64,000 nucleotides of DNA, from IMG/VR virus record IMGVR_UViG_3300047472_000248, positions 52,315 to 116,314 of that record. One strand, given 5' to 3'. Origin of the DNA: a virus. Lineage: Duplodnaviria > Heunggongvirae > Uroviricota > Caudoviricetes. The notes under the pieces were generated by a model. The model was not told where the DNA came from. It saw only the letters and a program-made list of their open reading frames with translations, and did not search any database. This document shows, in pieces, positions 1 to 9,507 of the stretch (within the stretch, counting starts at the first letter, position 1; every line of letters begins with the position of its first letter). Both the position numbers and the translations under genes were made by a program.

Positions 1-209
1 CCACGGTGCGACTGAACGCGACGGACGTTCGGAATGCCCTTCATGACTACATCGTCAAGATCTTCCCGAGCGTTGAGACGGCTGGAGCGGTAGGCCAAAT
101 CGACGTCTATGGCGATCGTGACCGCGCCACCATGGCGGTCCTTCACCATGTCGAGGCTATCCAAGTGCGCTACGTGGTGCCTGTGAGAACCATCGGTGTT
201 GAACCCTGA
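1..209 (+). CDS. 3' end of an upstream gene (partial), function unknown
   Basis: reading frame open to the window edge; stop at 207-209; overlaps the next start. Confidence 0.25.
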   Translation, partial: TVRLNATDVRNALHDYIVKIFPSVETAGAVGQIDVYGDRDRATMAVLHHVEAIQVRYVVPVRTIGVEP

Positions 210-1287
210 GCTTCAGCGCGCGCTCGACAAGATCGATGTCGAAGCCTACCTTGACCGGGAGGCGATCGACTACCGCATGTCGCATGGCACGCGCGGGCTG
301 CAGCTCAACCTGCAGGAGTGCCCCTTCTGCCACGGCACTGGCCGCAAGACCTACGTCAATGCCGAGTCGGGCCTGGGCAACTGCTTCCACGGCAGCTGCT
401 CGACACCGAAGTTCAACCTGTTCAAGCTGATCCGCGGCGTGAGCGGCCTGGCCGGGCCCGCGCTGGACGAGCACATCTTCTCGGTCGCTGCCGAGCAGGG
501 CTGGCTCCCGAAGAAGGCGAGGGTCGAGATCGTCAAGCGCGACCTGGCACTGCCGAGCAAGACAACGTCGCTGCCGCTGCAGACGCCGGCCGGGCCGCGC
601 AACCTGCGCTACCTGGAAGAGCGGGGCGTGCCGGCCGACGTCGCCGCCTACTTCAACCTCGCCTACTGCAAGGGCGGCTGGTATCGCTACGAGGCCGAGG
701 GCGCGGAGAAGTTCGTCAGCTTCGACCGGCGCGTCATCATCCCGATCACGGACCTGGCCGGCACGCTGGTGTCGTTCCAAGGCCGCGACACGACCGGCAA
801 ACAGCTGCCGAAATACCTGTTCCCTGCGGGTTTCGCGGTCGCGGGCAGCCACCTCTTCAACGCGCAGAACTTCCAGAACGGGGTGACACGCCACGTGATC
901 GTGGGGGAAGGCGCGTTCGACACGATCGCGACGCACATGGCGATCGACGGCCAGGCCGGGTTCGACTCGGTGCTGCCGATCGCCACCTTCGGCATGCACC
1001 TGTCTGGCGGTCCGGATGGCCAGGTTGCTAAGTTCGTCGAGCTCCGCGACCGCGGGCTGGAGCTGGTGACCTTCATGTGGGACGGCTCGAGGGATGCGCT
1101 TGCGGCGTCCGTCAAGTCAGGGCTGACTTTGATGGGGGTGGGGCTGAAGGTGCGCATCGCACGCCTGCCACTGGACAAAGACCCCAACGAGGTGCCTCCG
1201 GCGACCGTTCGGGATGCCTTCTATAAAGCGACTTCCCTCTCGCGGCTCTCTGCCGTGCGGCTGCTCACGGAAATCGCAAGGCTGTAG
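196..1287 (+). CDS. DNA primase (CHC2 zinc-ribbon + TOPRIM-like domains)
   Basis: CPFCHGTG...NCFHGSC zinc-binding motif; acidic TOPRIM-like motifs VIVGEGAFDTIA and MWDGSRD; GTG start overlapping upstream stop (ATG at 268 is an alternative). Confidence 0.65.
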   Translation: MLNPELQRALDKIDVEAYLDREAIDYRMSHGTRGLQLNLQECPFCHGTGRKTYVNAESGLGNCFHGSCSTPKFNLFKLIRGVSGLAGPALDEHIFSVAAEQGWLPKKARVEIVKRDLALPSKTTSLPLQTPAGPRNLRYLEERGVPADVAAYFNLAYCKGGWYRYEAEGAEKFVSFDRRVIIPITDLAGTLVSFQGRDTTGKQLPKYLFPAGFAVAGSHLFNAQNFQNGVTRHVIVGEGAFDTIATHMAIDGQAGFDSVLPIATFGMHLSGGPDGQVAKFVELRDRGLELVTFMWDGSRDALAASVKSGLTLMGVGLKVRIARLPLDKDPNEVPPATVRDAFYKATSLSRLSAVRLLTEIARL

Positions 1288-1291
1288 CGCG

Positions 1292-1318
1292 GTCAGCATT
1301 GACTGACTTTCTATAATG
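1292..1318 (+). promoter_or_regulatory. degenerate palindrome GTCAGCATTGACTGACT + TATAAT
   Basis: followed by a small hairpin and ATTTATGGGGG before ATG 1358. Confidence 0.5.
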
Positions 1319-1357
1319 CTGGTGTAAGTCCCTGCGGGGCACATTTATGGGGGCGCA

Positions 1358-1873
1358 ATGGCCAAGTTCATGATCGACTCGTGCTACCTACTGCACGAAG
1401 GCGGGACGAAGTTCTACCAATGCTTTCGGTTCACGGCAGAGGGCGTTGGCAAGTGGCCATTCCCACCAGGGGCCAGCAAGAGGGCGATCTCCCTCAACCA
1501 TTGGGGCCCGCATACGGGCGCGCCAGGCCCGCGGCGTCCGGTCGAAGGCGGCCAGACGAAGCTACTGGATAACGACCAGTATCTCGGCCAGCGTTCCATC
1601 AAGATGGGCCGTGGTTACGAGCTGCTCCAGCTGTCCCACGAGAACACTGAGTCCTTTACGAGCCCCAATGCGCAGCTGAAGTTCCAGCAGGAGCTGACCA
1701 AGCTGGTCGGCGCCAAGACGCGCGACGAGATCCTGATCAAGCTCGGGATCGGCGTCGAGGCTACGCCCATCGCAGCCGAGGACGCAGCCCTAGCGCCGAC
1801 GCCCAGTGCCCACAGTTCGCCCATCGCAACAGAGCCCGATTCGACGAGCGACCCTCGTTGGGGCTCCTGGTAA
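1358..1873 (+). CDS. hypothetical protein
   Basis: 171-aa ORF downstream of a TATAAT site at 1313; co-oriented in operon. Confidence 0.4.
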   Translation: MAKFMIDSCYLLHEGGTKFYQCFRFTAEGVGKWPFPPGASKRAISLNHWGPHTGAPGPRRPVEGGQTKLLDNDQYLGQRSIKMGRGYELLQLSHENTESFTSPNAQLKFQQELTKLVGAKTRDEILIKLGIGVEATPIAAEDAALAPTPSAHSSPIATEPDSTSDPRWGSW

Positions 1874-1882
1874 GGGGGACCT

Positions 1883-2392
1883 ATGACCGCCGAGATTCTG
1901 AACATCGACGCATCGGCCGACGGCCGGCGCAACGCTTACACGTTCCGCTGCACGCCCATCGGCCAGCAGATGCACTACGCGGCCTGCCTGCAGCGCGTGG
2001 ATGCCACGCAGCGCCCCGACGCACCCTCCGACTGGGCCGGGTGCAGGAAGGCCTGTGAGCAGGGTCTATGCCCTGCCAAGGGCATGCGCGAGGAAGAGCT
2101 GCTCAAGGGCAAGTCGGTCTACTTCCGGGCGCGCCAGGCACTGCAAGAGGCAGCCGAGAAAGCACGCACCTGGGTCGACACCTGGAAGAACTCGAAGCCC
2201 GCGGGCAAGCGCGAGAAGGGCTCGGTGCTGGACGCGATGGCATCGATCGACACCAGCTACGCGAAGGCCATCAGCGGGCTGACGACCGCGCCGGTGCTCG
2301 CACCCATCGAGGTCCGCCCCGAAGAGACGCCGCTGCAGGCGGCCCGTCGAAAGCTCGCCGAGCGCAAGGCAGCGGCCACAACGAATCATTGA
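1883..2392 (+). CDS. hypothetical protein
   Basis: 169-aa ORF; RBS-like GGGGGAC before ATG; tight spacing to neighbours. Confidence 0.4.
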   Translation: MTAEILNIDASADGRRNAYTFRCTPIGQQMHYAACLQRVDATQRPDAPSDWAGCRKACEQGLCPAKGMREEELLKGKSVYFRARQALQEAAEKARTWVDTWKNSKPAGKREKGSVLDAMASIDTSYAKAISGLTTAPVLAPIEVRPEETPLQAARRKLAERKAAATTNH

Positions 2393-2402
2393 AGGAGAAG
2401 AC

Positions 2403-3782
2403 ATGCTGATCGTGCGCGACGCCGCGAGCGTCTACAGGGCCATCGAGAAGATCGCGGCCACCCCGGGGAAGAACGACAAGATTGCCATGGTGAAGGAAGC
2501 CATGGGACAGTCGAAGCTGTTCGTGCGCGCCATCAAGGCCGCGCTCGACCCCTTCATCACCTACGGGATCGCCGCGCTGCCCGCGCGCCCCGATGCAGCC
2601 CCGGGCGCGAACACGCTCGACGAGGAGACCTGGTGGGAGATGCTCGAGCAGCTCGCCACCCGCAAGCTGTCGGGCAACGCAGCCCGCGACGCGGTGGCGC
2701 GCGCCCTCGCGTTTCTCACGCCCGAGAGTGGCGAGCTGCTGCGCCGGATCATCAAGAAGGACCTGCGCGCCGGCTTCAGCGAAGAGACCGTCAATAAGGC
2801 GGTCAAGGGCACGCTCCCGGCCTTCCCCTACATGCGCTGCAGCCTGCCGAAGGACAGCTACATCGAGAAGTGGAACTGGGGCGCTGGCATCGTCGTGCAG
2901 GAGAAGGCAGACGGTGAGTTTGCCAACATCAATCACGAGGTCGGGGGCATTGTGACGATCACGTCGCGCCAGGGCCGACCCATGGATCTCGGCCAGCTGG
3001 GCGCCCTCGTCGATGACATTCTCAACGCCCTGCCTGCCGGCACGCAAACGCATGGCGAGCTCGTCGTCTACCGCGATGGCCAGCCGTTGCCGCGGCAGGA
3101 GTCGAACGGGATCATGAACAGCATCGCGCAAGGCGGCGATCGCCCGCTGGGTCACGAGATTCGCTACCTGGCCTGGGATCAGATTCCCCTGTCAGCCGTG
3201 GTCGCCAAGGGTAAGCATGAAGTGCCGTATCGCGAGCGCCTAAAAGCACTGCTGGTCGGCATCACGGGATACAAGGGCGGCACGTCGACGGTGCGCCTGG
3301 TGCCGACGAAGATCGTTCACTCGAAGGCCGAAGCGCTGGCAATCTACTCGACCTACCTGTCGCAGGGCAAGGAAGGCGCCGTCATCAAGCACCCGCTCGC
3401 CATCTGGAAGGACGGCACCAGCAAGGACCAAGTGAAGTTCAAGCTGGAGGTCGTCGTCGATCTCCGGGTGAAGGGCTTCGTCGAGGGCACGGGCAAATAC
3501 GCCGGCATGCTCGGTGCGTTCGAGATGGAGAGTGAGTGCGGCCTGCTCAAGACGAACGTCAACGGCCGCGGCGACGACATGCGGGCCGCGGTCTGGGCGG
3601 ACAGGGCGGACTGGCTCGACAGCGTGCTTGCGGTGAGGGCCAACTCGATCATGCCGCCCAGGAAGGAGGGCGACCCGCACTCGTTGTTCCTGCCGGTGAT
3701 GGTCGAGCGCCGGACCGACAAGAGCGAAGCGGACACCCTGCAGCGCGTGCGCGAGCAGTTCGAGGCGGCGGTGGCAGCATGA
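2403..3782 (+). CDS. ATP-dependent DNA ligase
   Basis: motif I KADGEFANINHE (KxDG); motif IV-like EGAVIK; OB-fold region; RBS GAAGGAGAAGAC upstream. Confidence 0.8.
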   Translation: MLIVRDAASVYRAIEKIAATPGKNDKIAMVKEAMGQSKLFVRAIKAALDPFITYGIAALPARPDAAPGANTLDEETWWEMLEQLATRKLSGNAARDAVARALAFLTPESGELLRRIIKKDLRAGFSEETVNKAVKGTLPAFPYMRCSLPKDSYIEKWNWGAGIVVQEKADGEFANINHEVGGIVTITSRQGRPMDLGQLGALVDDILNALPAGTQTHGELVVYRDGQPLPRQESNGIMNSIAQGGDRPLGHEIRYLAWDQIPLSAVVAKGKHEVPYRERLKALLVGITGYKGGTSTVRLVPTKIVHSKAEALAIYSTYLSQGKEGAVIKHPLAIWKDGTSKDQVKFKLEVVVDLRVKGFVEGTGKYAGMLGAFEMESECGLLKTNVNGRGDDMRAAVWADRADWLDSVLAVRANSIMPPRKEGDPHSLFLPVMVERRTDKSEADTLQRVREQFEAAVAA

Positions 3783-4024
3783 ACGGCATCGGGATCGCCT
3801 TGGCGTGTGTTGCCATGGTGGGGCTGACTGTCTCCTGCACGGTTTCTATCGCGCGCTACGACGCACGCACGAACGCAGAGGCAGAAGCTTCATGGCAAAC
3901 CTGGGAGACGGCTCGCGCAGCCGAAGGTTGCAAAGTCACGAGCTTCATCTCCACGGGGCGCGGCTACTTGCGTGAGGTCTACACCTGCCCTGATGGCAGA
4001 GTGGTTCTGGGGAGATGGAAATGA
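3779..4024 (+). CDS. small membrane protein
   Basis: ATGA overlap with ligase stop; hydrophobic N-terminus IGIALACVAMVGLTV. Confidence 0.4.
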   Translation: MNGIGIALACVAMVGLTVSCTVSIARYDARTNAEAEASWQTWETARAAEGCKVTSFISTGRGYLREVYTCPDGRVVLGRWK

Positions 4025-4260
4025 CCGACTTCGACGCGATCGATACGGCCATCCTCAACCGCATTTCCAAGGGCGACAAGCCGACCTTCAATTCGATCTG
4101 GACCGCGGTGCGCGAACTGGCCGACGCGCTTGCGCCTGAGCCGAAACCCGGGCGCGGCCGTGGTCGCGAGGGCTGGCGCGTCGTCGATCGCCGTCTGCAG
4201 GCGCTGCGCAAGAAGGGGCGTTTGCACTACAGCCGCCAGACGGGCTGGGAGGTCGCATGA
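4015..4260 (+). CDS. hypothetical protein
   Basis: 81 aa; RBS GGGGAG 6 nt upstream; overlapping start/stop chain. Confidence 0.45.
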   Translation: MEMTDFDAIDTAILNRISKGDKPTFNSIWTAVRELADALAPEPKPGRGRGREGWRVVDRRLQALRKKGRLHYSRQTGWEVA

Positions 4261-4520
4261 GCGAGCGGGTCATCATCCACATCGGTGGTCAGAACCCGCT
4301 GCTTCTGCAGCACGTCAGACGCTCGCGCGGCGTGATCACCCGTGCCGAGGTGGTCAACGGCGGCTGGGTCTACCGGCAGAAGGATGGCAAGTGCGAAGCG
4401 CGCGACCACAGTCGTGCCGTGAGCACCTGGGACCTCGACCCGCGCCTCGAGGAGACGCCGGTGCCGGAGCACCTGGACGGCGACTACGACGAAATCATCA
4501 ATGAGGTCCTGAAAAAATGA
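4257..4520 (+). CDS. hypothetical protein
   Basis: 87 aa; ATGA overlap with the upstream gene. Confidence 0.45.
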   Translation: MSERVIIHIGGQNPLLLQHVRRSRGVITRAEVVNGGWVYRQKDGKCEARDHSRAVSTWDLDPRLEETPVPEHLDGDYDEIINEVLKK

Positions 4521-4765
4521 AACTCGAAGACATCATCGCCACTGGCCGCCGCTGGGGCTTCTTTCCCGAACCGCCCGCCGGCAAGGGTATTCGGACGCTC
4601 TGGTTCCTATCACCCATCAAAAAGCCGGCCAACCGGCGAGTCGTCGCAACGGTGACGGTCGACGAGGAAACACTTGCCGATCGCACCAAGTTCGCCGCCA
4701 TCATGCGCGACGCTCGCGCTGGGATGCGGCGCTACCACCGCATGAACCCCGCGGCGGCAACATGA
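4517..4765 (+). CDS. hypothetical protein
   Basis: 82 aa; ATGA overlap. Confidence 0.45.
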   Translation: MKLEDIIATGRRWGFFPEPPAGKGIRTLWFLSPIKKPANRRVVATVTVDEETLADRTKFAAIMRDARAGMRRYHRMNPAAAT

Positions 4766-5061
4766 GCCTACTCTCCTGGTTCCTGCTACTGATCGTCCAG
4801 AACGCGGCATTCACCTGGGTGAGCCGCGCCCGCAATAGCAGCTCGATCGCTTACCACGCGGTCGCGTCCATTTTCAGCAATGGCATCTTCTTCGTGAGTC
4901 AGTTCATGCTGATCGGCCTCGCGACACATCCGGGCATGGGCGCGCGCGAAGTGCTCACCCTGGGCGTCACCTACATCGCTGGCACCGTAACTGGCTCGCT
5001 GCTGATGCACTGGGTCGCGCTGCGCTATCTCGAACGGGGCAAGCGAAGGGTGGGCGCGTGA
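4762..5061 (+). CDS. small membrane protein
   Basis: 99 aa, two or three hydrophobic helices; ATGA overlap. Confidence 0.45.
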   Translation: MSLLSWFLLLIVQNAAFTWVSRARNSSSIAYHAVASIFSNGIFFVSQFMLIGLATHPGMGAREVLTLGVTYIAGTVTGSLLMHWVALRYLERGKRRVGA

Positions 5062-5234
5062 ACGTCAACGACCTCCGCAAGCACCACCCCTTTCCCTGGC
5101 GCTCGTCCGAAGGCCCGGATGCCGGCCAGATTCGCGTGCTCGATGCGCAGGGTAACGAGATCCCCATCCTAGTCATGACCGACTTCATCGTCGGCATCAC
5201 CACCAAGCTGGCAGAGCACCCGGTCCGGCCATAG
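5058..5234 (+). CDS. hypothetical small protein (58 aa)
   Basis: GTG start overlapping upstream TGA; below the 60-aa cutoff of the supplied ORF track. Confidence 0.25.
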   Translation: MNVNDLRKHHPFPWRSSEGPDAGQIRVLDAQGNEIPILVMTDFIVGITTKLAEHPVRP

Positions 5235-5247
5235 GGGTCAGTCTCTC

Positions 5248-5272
5248 TATAATCGGTAAGTCACCACTGACT
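5248..5272 (+). promoter_or_regulatory. TATAAT + GTAAGTCACCACTGACT
   Basis: CTCTATAATCGGTAAGTCACCACTGACTGACC. Confidence 0.5.
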
Positions 5273-5291
5273 GACCAAACGAGAGACATCC

Positions 5292-5729
5292 ATGAAATTC
5301 TTCGCATTCATCGCCTCCTTCTTTGCCGGCCTCAAGAGCTGGCTTGTCGCCAAGTTCGGGGGCGAGATCCGCCCGAAGGTCCAGGCCATCATCGACGTGC
5401 TGGAAAGCCACCCGAGCACGTTCACGGCACAGCTGCTCGACGTCTACGGCGACACCGTGAAGACCGCGACCGACGGTGCTACAGCCATCGAAAGCGCCCT
5501 GACGGCGGTGAACGACGTGAAGGTGGTAGCAGCCGATGCCGAAAACCTGGGCGAGAGCGTCGCGACCTTCGTGCACTACATCGGCACCGAGATCCATATC
5601 ATCGCCGGCAAGCTGCACATCAGCGACGAGTTCGGCTCGATCGCGCTGAACTGGGGCGAGGCCGCCGCCATGAAGAACGCCCTCGAAGCCTGGGCCAAGA
5701 GCTACTTCACCGCGCCGGCGGCCGAGTAA
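5292..5729 (+). CDS. hypothetical protein with hydrophobic N-terminus
   Basis: 145 aa; follows TATAAT/palindrome element at 5248-5272. Confidence 0.5.
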   Translation: MKFFAFIASFFAGLKSWLVAKFGGEIRPKVQAIIDVLESHPSTFTAQLLDVYGDTVKTATDGATAIESALTAVNDVKVVAADAENLGESVATFVHYIGTEIHIIAGKLHISDEFGSIALNWGEAAAMKNALEAWAKSYFTAPAAE

Positions 5730-5733
5730 GGCC

Positions 5734-6336
5734 ATGGCGGTCATCACCCTCACGGGCCCGACTTGCGCCGGCAAGTCGACGCTCGAAGCCCTGCTGAGGC
5801 GCACTGGCGTGTTCTGCAACGCAATCTCACACACGACGCGCGCACCGCGGCCGGGCGAGGTTGATGGCCAGGCCTACCACTTCGTCACGCCCCGTGCCTT
5901 TCAGGCACTGCTCGACGCCGGCTGGTTCGTCGAGAAGGTGGACTTCGACGGCAATCGCTACGCGATGAGCAAGGGGGCAATCCGCCATGCACTCGACCAG
6001 GCACGTCACGTCGCGATCGTCGTCGACCCGCACGGCGCCGACCAGATTCAGGCCTGGTGCGAAGAGCAGGGCATCCCGTCGGCGGCCGTCTGGCTCGACA
6101 CCGGCACGGAGACGCAGGCGCTGCGCTTCATGGAGCGCGTCGCGACCACCGACAACCTGGCGCCGCTCGTGACGCGCCTGGCCTCGATGCTCTCGGACGA
6201 GGTGCGCTGGCGCTACTTGGCGTCATCGAACCAGATCAGCCTGGAGCGCACCTACAACCTGCAGCTCTTCGGCATCGACCAGAGCAGGTCTGCCGAGGCC
6301 GTCCGCCTGGTCACCGAGCTCGCCGACAGCCTCTAA
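5734..6336 (+). CDS. gmk: guanylate kinase-like nucleoside monophosphate kinase
   Basis: P-loop GPTCAGKSTL; TTRAPRPGEVDGQAYHFV matches the GMP-kinase TTRxxRxGExDGxxYxF signature. Confidence 0.65.
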   Translation: MAVITLTGPTCAGKSTLEALLRRTGVFCNAISHTTRAPRPGEVDGQAYHFVTPRAFQALLDAGWFVEKVDFDGNRYAMSKGAIRHALDQARHVAIVVDPHGADQIQAWCEEQGIPSAAVWLDTGTETQALRFMERVATTDNLAPLVTRLASMLSDEVRWRYLASSNQISLERTYNLQLFGIDQSRSAEAVRLVTELADSL

Positions 6337-6354
6337 AACCCTCGGGTGCGTCCC

Positions 6355-6360
6355 TATAAT
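6355..6360 (+). promoter_or_regulatory. TATAAT -10-like hexamer
   Basis: CCCTATAATGGG 20 nt before ATG 6381. Confidence 0.4.
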
Positions 6361-6380
6361 GGGTCGCACTTGGAGGGCGA

Positions 6381-7040
6381 ATGCAGCTTCTCAACATCGG
6401 CCGGGTGAGGGATCACCTCGGCCAATCTCCGCTTGTGGACGACCCGCTGTGGGCTTGCGAGTCGCACAAGGTCCAGTCGCGTGACCTGACGATGTTCGTC
6501 GCCCGCTGGGCGGCAAGGGAGCAGGGTCCCATCGCGAACACCGCGATCGGTGTGCTGCAGGCAGAGGCGATCAAAGACATCGTGCGCGGCCGTCTCGGCG
6601 GCACGCTGGCCTGGCTCGACTACCGCATCGACCAGCCGCGCTTCATGGCAGATGAACTGGTCGACGGCCTGGCGCGGCTCCCGCTGCCGCGCCGCGGCGC
6701 CTGCCTATTCGCCCTGGAGGCCAAGATGGGCCTGCAAGACGTCGCCGACCTGACCTGGAAGGACGTGCCGCATCGGACCGAGATCCCGCAGACGGGTCTG
6801 TGCCAGGAGGTGCTGCGCGCCCAGCCGCGGCACATCCGCCTCAGCTACGTGTTCTGGGAGGAGGTCGGCCCGCGCGTCGCCGCGCCGCTGCTCGAGCTGG
6901 ACTACAGCGTCAAGATGGCCTTCGCGTGCGCCTGGCACGAGCTGCAGGAGAACTACGACGCGATGCTGATGGTCGACCGCCAGGCCGACGCTGTGAGCCT
7001 GCTCGAGATCGCAGGCGAGATCCGCCGCGGCGAACTCTAG
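6381..7040 (+). CDS. hypothetical protein
   Basis: 219 aa; RBS GGAGGG; follows TATAAT at 6355. Confidence 0.5.
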   Translation: MQLLNIGRVRDHLGQSPLVDDPLWACESHKVQSRDLTMFVARWAAREQGPIANTAIGVLQAEAIKDIVRGRLGGTLAWLDYRIDQPRFMADELVDGLARLPLPRRGACLFALEAKMGLQDVADLTWKDVPHRTEIPQTGLCQEVLRAQPRHIRLSYVFWEEVGPRVAAPLLELDYSVKMAFACAWHELQENYDAMLMVDRQADAVSLLEIAGEIRRGEL

Positions 7041-7366
7041 GCCCGCGCCGGCCTGGCTGATCCTGCCGTGGCGATCAGGCCGCACGCGGCGATGAGACCG
7101 AGCACCCCGAAGACCATCATCAGGGTGCGCCCGTTCTCAGCCCGCCCCACGCGCGCCATCGAGATCACGCCGCGCTTGTCCAGCGTCTCGGTCAGCGGCA
7201 GCTTCAGGTAAGCCTGGCGCAGCTCGATGTCGCGCTCGTGCTCATCCTGGTAGAACATCTCGGTCACGCGCGAGGTCGGGTCGGCTGACGCGAACTGGAT
7301 GTAGCCGTAGCCCAGCCCGAGGAGGGCGACCAGAAGTAGCAGCGACGCGAATAGCCGAACGTTCAA
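7037..7366 (-). CDS. membrane protein
   Basis: 109 aa with terminal TM helices; RBS GGAGTG upstream on the minus strand. Confidence 0.4.
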   Translation of the reverse strand: MNVRLFASLLLLVALLGLGYGYIQFASADPTSRVTEMFYQDEHERDIELRQAYLKLPLTETLDKRGVISMARVGRAENGRTLMMVFGVLGLIAACGLIATAGSARPARA

Positions 7367-7394
7367 TTTTCACTCCGAGTTGACATAAGAAAGA

Positions 7395-7649
7395 TTAGAG
7401 CGCATCGCCCAGATCGGACATTTCGCGTGCGATCGCCGGCACGAATGCCAGCCATGTCGGCCCAGTTCGATCGATGGCTTCTGCCAGCGTGTAGCCCATG
7501 TCGGCAAGCCAGTCCGGCCGGTTCAGCACGAGCGCGACAGCAACCTTCTCGCCGGTCGACTGCGCGCTCCAGGCATCGCGGCCGCCGCGGCGCGCGTCGT
7601 TGGCTTTACCGAACAGGTGCCGAAACTCGGCGCTCTTGGGGTCGTTCAT
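7395..7649 (-). CDS. hypothetical protein
   Basis: 84 aa; co-oriented with the plasmid-like module. Confidence 0.35.
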   Translation of the reverse strand: MNDPKSAEFRHLFGKANDARRGGRDAWSAQSTGEKVAVALVLNRPDWLADMGYTLAEAIDRTGPTWLAFVPAIAREMSDLGDAL

Positions 7650-7684
7650 GCTGGTGGTAGTTCCAAGGGGCAGATCGCACTATA

Positions 7685-7957
7685 GTGGTCCCTGAATTTC
7701 AACCCGAAACGATGACCGACGAAACCTCCAACCTGGTGCTCGAGCACCTGCGCCACATCCGCGGCAAGGTCGACGCGATCGCCGATGACGTGCAGCTGCT
7801 GAAGACTCGCATGACGTCGATCGAGGCGCAGGTCGCGGGCCTGCACACTCAGGTCGCGCTGGTGCACGGTGACATGGCAACGGTGCATGGTCGAATGGAC
7901 AAGATCGACATTCGCCTGACGCTCATCGAGCGCCGTCTCGAACTGGTCGAGCCGTAG
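7685..7957 (+). CDS. coiled-coil protein
   Basis: 90 aa; heptad-like repeats; overlaps a competing minus-strand ORF (7646-8020). Confidence 0.3.
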   Translation: MVPEFQPETMTDETSNLVLEHLRHIRGKVDAIADDVQLLKTRMTSIEAQVAGLHTQVALVHGDMATVHGRMDKIDIRLTLIERRLELVEP

Positions 7958-7970
7958 CGTCACGGTTGGA

Positions 7971-8771
7971 CTATGCCCGCGACACCATAAGCAGGTCGGT
8001 GCGCGGGTCGATCGCGGCACTCGAGAAGAACCCGGTCTCCACCAGGCGGCCGGCCGCCAGCTTCAGCTTGTAGCGGAACTTGCGCAGCTCGGCGATCTCG
8101 CTGCCGCACAGCTCGTGCAGCTTGGCCACGCTGTAGGGATACGGCTCCGCGTGGGTGATGTAGAAGCTGTGCAGCCACTTGGCCAGGGGCGACAGCTTCA
8201 GCCGCATCTTCCAGTCCAGGCGCGAGTAGGTCGCCGGCCCGAACAGGCTGATGATCTCGCGCTCGAGAAGGATCTCCCACTGCCGCAGGGTCGCCCCGCC
8301 GGCATCCTCCTTCCAGCGAAACGACCGGATCAGCGACCCGGTGTAGTTCTGCCGCGCGCCGGCGCCAGGTAGTTCAACGGTGACGGCCACCGCCGACGCC
8401 TTCAGCCGGTCGAGACAGTCGACCAGGCGCCGGTAGCTCGCGCTGTTCTTCGTCCAGCCCAGCTCGGTGAGCATCGAGTAGGCGGTGAACTGCACGTGCG
8501 TGCCCAGCGGGTGCATCCGGGCGATGTGCAGGATCTGCAGGAAGACATCCTCGTCGTCCTGCCGCAGCTCTTCGCCGGTGTAGGTGATCTCGATCCCACG
8601 CAGCGCCGCGATCGGCCGGCGCTTCAGGTTGTCCCGGGCCCCTGCCCTGACGTTGGCGACATTGAAGAGCGCCGAGCGGGCGAAGCAGTTGGGCAGGCCC
8701 CGAAGGTCGGCCGGCCAGATCGGCAGCTGGTCAGGCGAGACCGTCACGGTTGAACTACGTCGGGCGGGCAT
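7971..8771 (-). CDS. TrfA-like plasmid replication initiator
   Basis: 266 aa; LFNVANVR...LRGIEITYTGEEL...DEDVFLQILHIA resembles the RK2 TrfA family; start abuts the iteron array. Confidence 0.55.
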   Translation of the reverse strand: MPARRSSTVTVSPDQLPIWPADLRGLPNCFARSALFNVANVRAGARDNLKRRPIAALRGIEITYTGEELRQDDEDVFLQILHIARMHPLGTHVQFTAYSMLTELGWTKNSASYRRLVDCLDRLKASAVAVTVELPGAGARQNYTGSLIRSFRWKEDAGGATLRQWEILLEREIISLFGPATYSRLDWKMRLKLSPLAKWLHSFYITHAEPYPYSVAKLHELCGSEIAELRKFRYKLKLAAGRLVETGFFSSAAIDPRTDLLMVSRA

Positions 8772-8824
8772 TCGGGCTCCGGCAGCTGGATGCGCGCGAG
8801 TTTGCCGTCGGGCGCCCTGCCCTG

Positions 8825-8951
8825 TCCATAGCGCAACGGTGACGCTGCATAGTGCAAGGGTGGCGTCTCATAGTCGGAGGGTGACACCAGCGTCCTCTCC
8901 ATAGTCGAAGTGTGACGCCCTCCCCGTTCGAGCCATAGTCGAAGCGTGACG
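8825..8951. repeat. five direct iterons CATAGTCGAAGNGTGACGCC (candidate oriV)
   Basis: copies at ~8825, 8846, 8867, 8898, 8932; 21-22 bp period for the first three; immediately upstream of the TrfA-like gene. Confidence 0.7.
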
Positions 8952-8999
8952 CCCGGCCTGGGCGAACCACCCTTCTAAAAGCTGTCTTTTCTCTGGAGT

Positions 9000-9008
9000 T
9001 ATCCACAG
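9000..9008. promoter_or_regulatory. DnaA box TTATCCACA
   Basis: perfect consensus 9-mer between the iterons and an AT-rich patch (CCATTTATCAG). Confidence 0.5.
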
Positions 9009-9168
9009 GGGCGTAGTCCAACGGTGGCAAAGTTGTCCCGGTTATAGAGGGATTACCATTTATCAGCGGGTCACGGTTGCACTAGGCCGCCGTCACCGTT
9101 GCGCCGTCGCTCGCGCGAAACGGTCACCCTTGCGCCGTGCCTGCATTCTGCCGGGCGTCACGCTTGAA

Positions 9169-9507
9169 CTAGCCCCCTGCCCTCACCCGCTCCATCTTCT
9201 CGGCGATCGCCTCGAGGATGAACCGGTGCATCGACATCGACGGCAGCGTGTGCACCAGGGCCATCAGCTCGAAGTGATCCGTCTCGGGCATCTTCAGGTT
9301 CACCTGCTTGAGCACCCGGGGATTGAGGCCATTTGCAGGCGCTGCAGGCTTCTGTCGCTGGGTGGGTGGCGGGGCTGGCACTGGCGGGGGCTGTGGGGCC
9401 GCGGCGGGCTCTTCCTGGGGCTGGTCGGCCGTCAGGTTGGTCTTCGCCTGCTCGACGAACTCTTCTGGCGTGCGCGGCGGTTTGATTCGGCGCAGCGTCC
9501 CCGTCAT
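9169..9507 (-). CDS. ParG-like ribbon-helix-helix partition / centromere-binding protein
   Basis: 112 aa; disordered Pro/Ala-rich N-terminus and C-terminal RHH-like segment; translationally coupled to parA-like gene. Confidence 0.45.
   Translation of the reverse strand: MTGTLRRIKPPRTPEEFVEQAKTNLTADQPQEEPAAAPQPPPVPAPPPTQRQKPAAPANGLNPRVLKQVNLKMPETDHFELMALVHTLPSMSMHRFILEAIAEKMERVRAGG

Larger units (their letters stand above)
7958..9178. repeat. dispersed GTCACGGTTG(N)ACTA repeat family flanking the Rep gene and origin
   Basis: copies at ~7958, 8745, 9071, 9157; related GTCACCNTTGCGCCGT at 9093 and 9121. Confidence 0.5.

Noticed and set aside
157-999. Long minus-strand ORF (280 aa) antisense to the primase gene
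   Set aside because: Arg/Ala-rich shadow ORF typical of 64% GC DNA; the + strand frame has clear primase motifs.
8825-8951. Possibility that the iteron-like repeats are protein-coding repeats of a minus-strand ORF (8755-9030)
   Set aside because: They lie outside the TrfA-like CDS, have plasmid-iteron periodicity (21-22 bp) and are accompanied by a DnaA box; the overlapping 91-aa ORF has no start context.
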